Source: Mytilus californianus
Lineage: Eukaryota
Reading direction: 5' to 3'
DNA length: 64,000 nucleotides
Assembly (NCBI RefSeq): GCF_021869535.1
Contig: NW_026262723.1
Span: 22,258,001-22,322,000 of the forward strand
Both the position numbers and the translations under genes were made by a program. The notes under the pieces were generated by a model that ran no database searches, had not been told where the DNA came from, and saw nothing but the letters and a program-made list of their open reading frames with translations. Of the stretch, positions 38,501 through 49,113 are shown piece after piece; position 1 is the stretch's first letter; each line of letters opens with the position of its first letter.

Positions 38501-41500
38501 TGTTTGTTCGCTCGTGGCGCTATAATGTTTTTACAATAATTATTTTATAAAAAAGAAAATACAATTAAAGTAACATTTGTCTCAGTTTATGTCTTAAATT
38601 GTCATTTATAGTTACATAATTATATTTTGTCTACGATTTATTTAACAAATAACAAACATATGTTACTACAGATTTAGAAAATTTAAGGAATAAAGAGTAG
38701 ATAACTCATGAAAGTATCTGTAATAACACATGCAAGATATTTTCTCTAATAACCCTATAGAGTTATATTCCTGACTGAAAATGGGATGGAAGGAAAGACG
38801 GATGGTCAAGGGTAAGACTTAATGCTTCCGTCGTCTATGGCGGGGGCAAAATAAAAGAAAATAAGAGAAGAATGTGTCTGACGACATGAATGCTCTCGCT
38901 CAAGCTTTGCAACAAAAATTGGTCGGATGGAGAGACGAAAGGACGTATAGATGGAAGGTCAAGGGTAACACTTAATGCCCCCGTCACCTACGGCGAGGGC
39001 ATATAAATTATACTTCATCAATTAAAGTTCAATGAGGAAAACTATTCTGTTTATGAAACTCATTGTTTTTCATTAAAAAGATATTTTATTTAGGGGTATA
39101 TCTTTGTCAATATCTTGTTCCTGGTTGTGTCATTGGCAATCTTACCACCTGATAAACTGATATACTGTTGACAAAAAATTCTAAATTACTTGGGCTCCTT
39201 TCACAAAGAATCTTGAGACTAAAATGGATCTGGAGTTATACTGAAATGTTAATGAGAACTTCCAACTTTGTCTGTTCAAAATGGGGGTTTACATACAACT
39301 TCAATAAAACATGTGTAAATAAATAATTATACAGTGCTAGGTTTCAAAACTAAAGGTTGATTTATGTAGAAACTGAGGGTACATAATATGGGATTTAGCA
39401 ATCAACATCTTAAATTCTGTCACAAACCATACCTTTCATATCATGATTATTTTTTACTTTTGATTTGCTTAAAAGTTCAATTTCTTGGCAATGCATGTGT
39501 AATAATAACTTTTTTTTTACCTTACAGAACACTGCTGCTTGGTTTTCAATTTACCTTTTGCATTAGGCTTTTTCTTTTCTGCTTCCACACTTTTACTTCT
39601 GCTCTTTTTCTTATCTCGATCTCTACCTTCAGCATTTTTACACCATGCTTGGTTTCTATGTTGACTGAAAGAGCCAGAATGGGCAAATCGTTTTCCACAC
39701 CATTCACAATGGTAAGGTTTTTCACCAGTATGTAGTCTTTCATGTTCAGTACGATGATGTTTGTGTTTGAATGCCTTACCACAGGTACTGCAGGCAAACT
39801 TTCTGTCAACTGTAAATGTAAGTATTGTATAAGTACTTCAGGTAAACATTTTGCCAACTGTAAATGTAAGTATTGTATAAGCACTGCAGGCAAACTTTCT
39901 GTCAACTGTAAATTATGTAAGTTTTGTATAAGTACTGCAGGCAAACTTTCTGTCAACTGTAAATGTAAGTATTGTATAAGTACTGCAGGCAAACTTTCTG
40001 TCAATTGTAAATGTAAGTATTGTATAAGTACTTCAGGAAAACTTTTTGCCAACTGTAAATGTTAGTATTGTATAAGTACTTCAGGAAAACTGTTTGCCAA
40101 CTGCAAATGTAACTATTGTATAAATACTGTAGGAAAACTTTCTGTCAACTGTAAATGTCAAATATTACTGTATATAGCCCTGATCCTTTAGAATCCCAAT
40201 TACTGTATATAGCCCTGATCCTTTAGAATTCCCTATTACTGTATATAGCCCTGATCCTTTGGAATTCCCAATTACTGTATAGCCCTGATCTTTTAGAATT
40301 CCCTATTACTGTATATAGCCCTGATCCTTTAGAATTCCCTATTACTGTATATAGCCCTGATCCTTTAGAATTCCCTATTACTGTATATATATAGCCCTGA
40401 TCCTTTAGAATTCCCTATTACTGTATATAGCCCTGATCCTTTAGAATTCCCTATTACTGTATATAGCCCTGATCCTTTAGAATTCCCTATTACTGTATAT
40501 AGCCCTGATCCTTTAGAATTCCCTATTACTGTATATAGCCTTGATCCTTTAGAACTCCTTATTACTGTATATAGCCATGATCCTTTAGAATTCCCTATTA
40601 CTGTATATAGCAGAGATCCTTTAGAATTCCTTATTACTGTTTATAGCCCTGATCCTTTAGAATTCCCTATTACTGTATATAGCCCTGATCCTTTAGAACT
40701 CCCTATTACTGTATACAGCCCTGATCCTTTAGAATTCCCTATTACTGTATATAGCCCTGATCCTTTAGAATTCCCTATTACTGTATATAGCCCAGATCCT
40801 TTAGAACTCCCTATTACTGTATGTATACAGCCCTGATCCTTTGGAATTCCCTATTACTGTATATAGCCCTGATCCTTTAGAATTCTCTATTACTGCATAT
40901 AGCCCTGATCCTTTAGAACTCCTTATTACTGTATATAGCCCTGATCCTTTAGAATTCCCTAGTACTGTACATAGCCCTGATCCTTTAGAACTCCTTATTA
41001 CTGTATATAGCCCTGATCCTTTAGAATTCCCTATTACTGTATATAGCCCTGATCCCTAGAATTCCCTATTAGTGTATATAGCCCTGATCCTTTGGTATTC
41101 CCTATTACTGTATATAGCCCTGATCCTTTAGAATTCACAATTACTGTACATAGCCCTGATCCTTTAGAATTCCCTATTACTGTATATAGCCCTGATCATT
41201 TAGAATTCCCTATTACTGTATATATATAGCCCTGATCCTTTAGAATTCCCTATTACTGTATATAGCCCTGATCCTTTAGAATTCCCTATTACTGTATATA
41301 GCCCTGATCCTTTAGAATTCTCAATTACTGTATATAGCCCTGATCCTTTAGAATTCCCTATTACTGTATATAGCCCTGATCCTTTGGAATTCCCTTTTAC
41401 TGTATATAGCCCTGATCCTTTAGAATTCCCTATTACTGTATATAGCCCTGATCTTTTAGAATTCCCTATTACTGTATATAGCCCTGATCCTTTAGAATTC

Positions 41501-41897
41501 CCTATTACTGTATATAGCCCTGATCCTTTAGAACTCCCTATTACTGTATATAGCCCTGATCCTTTAGAACTCCCTATTACTGTATATAGCCCTGATCCTT
41601 TAGAATTCCCTATTACTGTATATAGCCCTGATCCCTAGAATTCCCTATTAGTGTATATAGCCCTGATCCTTTTAAATTTCCTATTACTGTATATAGCCCT
41701 GATCCTCTGAAATTCATGACCACTAGTATTCTTCCTGTCAATCTAAAACCATTCAAAAACTTTCCAGGGAAAACACAGAAAACTGAGTGTATTTATATAT
41801 ATGTTCTCTTCCTTAAGTACTTACTAATATCTTCTTTACTGCTTTTTCTCCTTTTCACCACTCTTTGCAAGCTCTGGACTTGCACTTCTTGTTCCAT
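35582..41897 (-). CDS. ZEB/Zfh1-related zinc-finger protein lacking a homeodomain (501 aa)
   Basis: Exons (minus): 41897-41825 ([24 protein letters not shown], in-frame TAA upstream of the ATG), 39809-39555 ([56 protein letters not shown]), 38088-37141 (Q/S/E-rich, contains PKDLS), 35811-35582 (C2H2 [25 protein letters not shown]). All phase-1 GT-AG introns; total 1506 nt. Confidence 0.88.
35937..36216. mobile_element. Kolobok-type MITE in ZEB-like intron 3
   Basis: TIRs ggtggtacctaacac / gtgttgggtaccacc, flanked by TTAA on both sides (35933-35936, 36217-36220). Confidence 0.8.
36912..37117. repeat. 29-bp tandem array (7 copies) derived from the retroelement 3' tail
   Basis: Unit aatttaccttgaagttctgtatttttgtt at exact 29-nt spacing; similar to the tail at 7441-7480 and, inverted, at 575-605. 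Confidence 0.93.
38862..39006 (+). mobile_element. Miniature internally deleted HINE-like element (a second 3' end lies at ~38780-38848)
   Basis: subTIR atgctctcgc vs gcgagggcat; 3' ggtcaagggtaacacttaatgcccc..hairpin, repeated just upstream. Confidence 0.55.
39787..40158 (-). repeat. 48-bp tandem array (8 copies) made of the ZEB-like exon-2 splice acceptor
   Basis: Minus-strand unit cttatacaatacttacatttacag|TTGACAGAAAGTTTGCCTGCAGTA; the copy nearest the exon is the real acceptor and exon start. Confidence 0.96.
40165..41712. repeat. 36-bp minisatellite (~43 copies) filling ZEB-like intron 1
   Basis: Unit ttactgtatatagccctgatcctttagaattcccta; source of the periodic [12 protein letters not shown] ORFs. 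Confidence 0.98.
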
Positions 41898-43144
41898 TTT
41901 ATAATTTTTTTAAACAGTCATATCAATCGACAGAATCACAAGGAGAAAGTTGAAATCTTGTCTCTGTTGACTATATGCTGTACATTTATAGCATCATGAT
42001 TTTTTTTTTATCTGTAATGTATATAAAATCATATAAAATTCATATTCAATTTCATTTTGAGAAATGGTTATACATGTTATAACACATATTTGTACATGTA
42101 CAGATAAGAATAGCACAAACAGACAGAGAGATACTACAGTCTACATCCACAACTTACAAATTGATATGCCCTTTTTTTTTGGAAAAAAATGTATTTAAGT
42201 CAAGTGAACCTACACCTCCTGGTGGTTGAAGCTGGTAGAGTAATCAGGAAGGATAGTGAAGTATGCTTTGGTTGTCTTAAAACACCACAAATCCAAACTT
42301 TAAAAAAAACAACATCCTGGTTACTACAAAGAAATTATTATATTGTGGTCAACATGTTTCACCACTTAAGAGTGGCTTCTTCAGGACAATATAAAGTTTG
42401 GGAACAAATACTCGTCCATAAAATGAGGTTCATGTGGGGTTACATAAAGGTTATATATAAATTAACAGGGGAACAAAAATGTTACATGTATATGTAGACT
42501 TTAACTGCCATGTATAAATATAAAAATCTAGAGAAAATCTCATCAGACGATGATAGAATGTTATCGTGTATATACCCTTTTCATAAATGAGGTGACATGG
42601 TTAACATGAGTTGGTAGACATAAGGACGAGTTTGTCTTGCTTCCAAATAAATTGTCTTTTTCTCTGAATAAATTAATGATGATGATAGCCACTGTTGTGA
42701 ACACACTGGTGACTACATGTAGTGATTGCTTTTGGCAATGAGGCACATGTGTAGCAATTCACAAAATAAACAATATGAAATCTAATTGAACTTGTCATTC
42801 AAAATATCGAAGAAAAGAGAAATAAGAAAAGCTGTATTTAACCATATTTAAAAACATCTTTGACAATATGTGAAATATCACATACATAATGTTGTTACTG
42901 TTTATACAACAACAGTTTATCATTAAATTTCAAATTTTGAATTATTAACGCTTTTAAATTAAGTTTTAGCTTTGAAAACTTGGTAAATATTTTTAAAATC
43001 GAGTAGCAGATTCTTGATTTTAAACAAACAAATGGCTTCGCGTGAAAGCACACAATTTCGTATTGCATTTGCTTAAAATATTCCAAAAATAGCCATTCAA
43101 TATGTCAAAGAGTATTTCATTGTTGTTTATACTATGTTTTCATA

Positions 43145-43292
43145 CCTGTACATAGGTATTTAATGCAATTTTACCTGTAACACAGGTGAAAATTTACAAA
43201 GCGAAGCTTTGGTCGCCAATTTACCGGAAGTGATTAAGTCTGTCTAAATACAAATCAAAGCCGGACTATTATGTGTTATATTTTCCGGAAAT
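43145..43292 (-). promoter_or_regulatory. Putative promoter/first non-coding exon of the ZEB-like gene
   Basis: ETS-type CCGGAAGT (43224-43231) and CCGGAAAT (43285-43292) in a locally CpG-containing patch, followed on the minus strand by donor-like CAG|GTAAAA (43174-43173) and CAG|GTATGA (43145-43144). Confidence 0.4.
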
Positions 43293-44249
43293 GGACACAC
43301 CTTAATCGATTGCAACATATGATGACTCATTTTTAAGATCTTTTAACTGATATGATATTCAAAATTTAATTTAAAGACAAGACAGCATGTGCAATAGTTA
43401 GTGCCACAACATAGATATAATGAATAGTAAAAAGTAAAATCACAAAAATACTGAACTCCGAGGAAAATTCAAAAAGAAAAGTCCCCAATCAAATGGCAAA
43501 ATCAAAAAAACAAACACATCAAACGAATGGATAACAACTGTCATATTCCTGACTTGGTACAGGCATTTTCTTTTGTAGAAAATGCTGGATTAAACCTGGT
43601 TTTATAGCTAGCTAAACCTCTCACTTGTATGACAGTCGCATCAAATTCCATTATATTGACAACGATGCGTGAACAAAAACTTGAGGAGTAAAGGAGAGGT
43701 GGAAGATATCAAAGGGATATTCAAACTCATAAGTCGAGTCCATGACACGTCCATGACAAACCGACAACGCCATGAAAATTCATGACAAGATCGAAAAACG
43801 AAATACAAACAACATCGAAAACTAACTACTAGACAACACGAATCCCACCAAAAACCGGTCGCCTATAAAATTGTATTTCTAATTTTGAAATCAAACCCCA
43901 AAAACCGTGAAAGAACATGCATGTACATATGAAAATTAGCACTATGTAAACAATATGTACATTTGATAACCATTAAAGTGAAGGGTAGAAAAACTTATGG
44001 GTCATAGCAGATTATGGTATCATGGTCTTCAAACCCTCTACTGTATTACATGAAACAATTTGTTTTGGCAATTGATTCAACTGTGTTATACTGTACGTGT
44101 TACTGTACGTGGATAAAATGAATATTTGTAGCTGTCTCTGTTTGGTTTTTTTTTTTTTTTTTGCCTAAATGAGTGTGAACTGATGTGTCTGGTTCTATTG
44201 TCTAGTGGGATGTAGGGACTGCAACGATTTGATGGATAATTTGGTAAAT

Positions 44250-45060
44250 GATCTTTATAGTCTTATTTCAAGTGGGTACCAGTTTAGGCCTTCCCCATGT
44301 TAGTAACTAAGCTGGTGTTATGGAACTTGCTGTTGCTTGTGTATATATAGGTTTTCGTTTTTTGTTGCTCTCAGAATATTCCATTTATCAGGGTGAAAAT
44401 GCATGAGCCAGAACCGCTCCCATCTGTTGGCCGCTTCTAAATCCGACTGTAATTTATGAGTGCCGTTCGTTTTTTTTTTTCGTTTGTAAATAATGCTATC
44501 GTCTGCAAATAATCGCAGTGTGCTATGTTTTATATATTCTGACAAACCTTTGATATAAACAGAAAATAAGATAGGTTCCAGTACTGTGCCTTGAGGTACT
44601 CCGGATGTTACAAGAATATTGTTATTTGATGTTTCGAGATCTCCTTCAAGGACTTCTATTTTACTTCTACTCTGCTTCTTAAAAATTTTTGAACCCAGTG
44701 TAATGCATTACGATTTATACCATATAAGCCGGTTTTATACATGAGGCAAGGGTGTAAAACTTTGTCATATGCTTTTGCAAAATTCAGAATTTTGATGTCA
44801 TTTTGGATGTTTTTATTATTTGAATTTGCAAGGTCTTGAATGAATGATATTAATTGTGTTTCACAGGAACGGGATGACCGACACCCATGTTGGAAGTCAT
44901 GTCGAACTTTATTTTAGGTATTTTCATAATATTGAAACTACAACGGTTGTTTCATTTGTATGTTAAAATGATATGGGCAAGAGTTTATTTGATCGTATTT
45001 GTCGCCTTTTTTAATGCTGGACATACATGTCTTGCACTCTTTTAAAATTTTGACATGTAT
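44250..45060 (-). mobile_element. Degraded CR1/L2-type LINE reverse transcriptase fragment
   Basis: Minus-strand motifs in order: KKGD, FQHGCRSSRSCETQL, NFAKAYDKV, VTSGVPQGTVLEPILFSVYIK, LRLFADDSIIY, WLMHFHPDK; frameshifts and stops present. Confidence 0.9.
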
Positions 45061-47248
45061 GAGATCAGGTCCGGAAGCCTCACGAGATAAGGACAAGGGT
45101 TTGTATATATAACTATCTTTGATAAGGTTATTTTTTTTGTTTTTCTATGTTTTGATTAGTTTGATTAAATAATATTTCATTTCAATAACTAAGCACTTTG
45201 ATTGGGCGAAAGTCATCAACATTAAACTTATCGATTTAATGAACCAGTGACGAAGGAGTATATAGACAAAAAAGTGAGGAGCGTTGGACTTCTGAAAGTG
45301 ACAAGCAAAAAACAACCCATAGTCTTATAGTCTAGAAGTAAGACAGTGTCATCTTTCGTTTTCATTTTTCTTTTCAATAATCGTTTGTTGCCTAAATGTG
45401 TAGAGGGGGCTCTTACCCTTGGCTCCATCGCCCTTGTGACACAAAATACTTTATCGTTTTTTAGTTACGGTTTCGAAACTATATGCATCATTTCCAAACA
45501 AAAGCGTTTTAATATTGATTTGTATAATAATGTTTATTAGATTATTAGATAGAAATATTCTTTGATTGTAATATAATGGACATTTTAGGAAGAAATGCAT
45601 AGCATATTCAACAGGAGAACCCGGTTATCCTATTTAGATTGTTCACTACATTATTTTAATGTAGGTTAGCATTTGAGAAAAATGCACTGGTGTCCAAGCA
45701 TGGAATGCATGCATTCTGTTAAATATTTCGGAACATTCATGTTGGTGCTTCATTTGTGATAACCGCTGCTTTGGTTTTCTTTGTGTTGGAATCTATAACA
45801 TGTATAAGCCATGCTTATTGCCAATACTTTTAAACTACAACAACAATAACAATTATACTTTATTTTGAAACACTCAGACACATATCTTTCTTTGTTGTAA
45901 TTAATGTTACACAACTATTTTCAGGTTAGGGTGAAGGTTGGCGCCTGTTAAAATGTTTAAACCCGCTGCATTTGTTTGCACCTGTCCTAATTCAGGAACC
46001 TGTTTCAGTGGTTGTCGTTTGTTGATGTGGTTCTTAATTATTTCTCGTTTTTTATATAGATTAGACCGTTGGTTTCCCTGTTTGAATTGTTTTACACTAG
46101 TCATTTTGGAGCCCTTTATAGCTTGCTATTCGATGTGAGCAAAGGCTCCGTGTTGAAGGCCGTACTTTTACCTATAATTGTTTACTTTTTACACATTGTG
46201 ACTTGGATGGAGAGCTGTCTCATTGGCACTCATACCACATCTTCTTATTTCTACATATACATGTGTAACAAGAGGCAAAGTACATAATAATATTTATGGT
46301 TGCTACTGAACAATGTTAACATAATCATATAATTGAGAGTATAATTACAATATTTTAACTAGTTTGTTAATGAAAAGTTATAAGTTCTTCATAACTTTAA
46401 TGTTGCAAAATGAAAGCAGCCCTTTCATTTTCTAGACACATGGATACATGTGGTAATATTCTGAAATATGCTTATTTCTTATATTTCTAACATTAAGAGA
46501 CTGGCACTCAAATAGATAGTGAAATTCATTTCCAATTGACAAGGAGCAGAGATGACACTGTCTTTGATCTCTAGGAATTCCATTCCACCTTTCTGTTTCT
46601 ATTGGGATTTTAAGGTTGCAACATCGCAGTTTAGTAATATTTTTACGATCTGCAAAATGAGAGCCTTACTAAATATTTTTCTAATCCAAAGTCGATTTTG
46701 AAAAGACCATAATATTCCCTCCTCGATGAGTTTTGGATTTGACTGTGCCATTGTTGGATGAATTCGTCTGTTAATCTTTGCTTGATATTTGTTTTATCTG
46801 AATTGGATCTATCTTCGACAGCTCATTATAAATATCAATTTCTATTCTTTCTACCATAATATGAAAGAGAGGCGTCACATGAAAACAAACGTGCCAAGTT
46901 ATTGAGGTTTTCTGTAATGTAGTAATCTATAACAGAAAAATAATAAAGGGCCAAAAAGAACCATTTGGAACTGCTGCCTTGCTTTCGCCTGAGTTTGTGG
47001 TTTCATCGTTCATAATTAAATCCAACTCGTTGTCTGTTGCTGATGCAGTCCTTAACCCAGTCTAATATACTTTACTAGATATTCCATACGAACGTAGTTT
47101 TTGTATAATGCATACATGCCAGACTCTATCAAAGGCTTCTGATATATAAATATGAATAAAAGGAGGTCTGGGAGTAAACGTCAATAAGACTTCAATACAA
47201 CGACAAAAAATAACCAAAAGAGGGCAACATATACAGTCTTCAACAATA

Positions 47249-47529
47249 GAAATTCACAATCTGATTAAAATAAAGATCCTATGTCCAAGCTTTGCTTACA
47301 AGGATCTGATAACACTACTTTATACTCTCTGTTCTGATAATAATATTACATCAACCAATGAAATGTCAGTCTTAAAATTTTGAAGGTGTGAATTGATTCG
47401 ACAAAACCAAAGGATCTCGAAAGGTCTTTAAAACAGCAAGTAGAACGGGGCGTTTTCAGATCGATCCTTGTAAGCAAAGCTTGGACACAGGATCTTAGGA
47501 TCTGTATTTAAATGAGATTGTAGAAATTC
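47249..47529. mobile_element. Foldback-type MITE with long TIRs
   Basis: aagatcctatgtccaagctttgcttacaaggatc (~47273) and gatccttgtaagcaaagcttggacacaggatctt (~47464) are inverted copies with 1 mismatch; weaker similarity extends outward. Confidence 0.75.
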
Positions 47530-48397
47530 AAAAACCAATAGGACAAAGATGTAAACAATTACAGGTCACCGTATGCCATTCATATTTAACTTCGAATTTG
47601 TCTTAAGTTTGTCCTAAATCATTTTTGTTTGTTCAATTAAATCATTAACATTATATACTGATTGGTATTTTGTTAAATAAAAGTTTGCAACAAGAATAAT
47701 CACATGCGTCACAAGCGGCGAGAGCAGGTCTAGTGACCCCTCCACACATCCTCTGGTCCCTCATTTATACTCGAAATATATGTATTGTGGTGATTTTATG
47801 TACATTTGGTTAAGATTTACCTCTCTTGTATCATATTTACCTCTGTGCTGCTACTAACTGTAATGTTTGACTAAATTTGCTATGGACACAACAAAACACT
47901 TTTTGAATGAAATTAACCAATACCTGCAGATATTAATATGTTGTCGAAATCGCAATTTTCCTAAATGAAATTTGCAACATGATGCGAAGGTATCAATAAT
48001 TTACCATATAAGTCACAGAGATTCAATTGTAAATACCCAATTCAACGTTCGCTTCGAAAACAACACATAATTTAGCACTCTTTTCTTGAATTTGTCGTAG
48101 TGGTGAGTGCATTGAAATAGAGACTCTAAGCGAAAAGGTGCATGAAGAGGAATTGTTCAACATATGTGTGCCATGTGACTTTATAAACATTGCATCGCCT
48201 CGATGGTCTCGTGGCACGAAAGGTCGTGGATTTGATACACAGCCGGGTCAAACCGAGGACTTGAGATATGCATTTGCTGCTTCTCCGCTAAGCACGCTGC
48301 ACTTACGAGTATGAGCAAAGACATATCGGCTCGTATAATCAAAATAAGATTCCCAGGTAAGGTGACTTGTCTTCCTGCGGTCTGTTATATGCCTCTT

Positions 48398-49113
48398 CTG
48401 CTAGTCAAATGCGTTTTGTTAAAATATACTTTTTCACTTTTTTTGGTCTTTTGGAAAATGTTGTTTGTGCTGTATTTAGACCCCTCTACCAAGAAATTTG
48501 TTTTGCATGCACACTTATAAAAATTGCGGTTTTTATCCAACGCAATCATAGGTTTGAACGTTGTTTTCAATTTAGACTTGTTTATATTTTTTCGTTTGGG
48601 CTTGTATTATATTTGCCATCGGGTTTAAATGATCCGTTCATCCTATTTCGACTCGTCAAAATTCAAGAGTCTATCCTAAATTGAGGTAAATTATATGGCC
48701 TTCCAAATACCGTTTCGATTCCTTACATCACTGAAGAGACATTAATTGTCGAAATCTGCAGATTGTGTACTAATTTTTGCACCTTTTGTTTGCAGTATAC
48801 CATCTTTTTCGCAAGTTTATTGTTTTCTGTTTGGTATTAGATTAATAGTTAAGATCCATTTTGTTACATCTGGTGATCTGTTTATTTGGCAATCGCCAAT
48901 GGCAGTCAGCAGGATTTAAAAACATCCGTTGTTCGACCTGCTAGTCAAATGCGTTTTGTTAAAATATACTTTTTCACTTTTTTGGTCTTTTGGAAAATGT
49001 TGTTTGTGCTGTATTTAGACCCCTCTATCAAGAAATTTGTTTTTGCATGCACACGTATAAAAATTGCGTTTTTTATCCAACTCGATCTTAGGTTTGAACG
49101 TTGTTTTCAATTT
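48398..49113. repeat. Two direct copies of a ~175-bp segment (48398-48572, 48938-49113)
   Basis: Both start ctgctagtcaaatgcgttttgttaaaatatac and end ggtttgaacgttgttttcaattt; offset 540 nt. Confidence 0.9.

Noticed and set aside
39546-40052. 168-aa minus-strand ORF
   Set aside because: Out-of-frame reading of the array and exon 2; the zinc-finger frame is a different one.
39742-40065. Cys-rich plus-strand ORF (CKCKYC repeats) resembling a metallothionein
   Set aside because: It is the antisense reading of the 48-bp acceptor array and the zinc-finger exon; periodicity comes from the repeat.
40841-41638. [12 protein letters not shown] repeat ORFs
   Set aside because: Translations of the 36-bp minisatellite.
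42189-42746. ORFs upstream of the ZEB-like ATG as additional coding exons
   Set aside because: No domain similarity, one is on the wrong strand, and an in-frame stop precedes the ATG at 41897.
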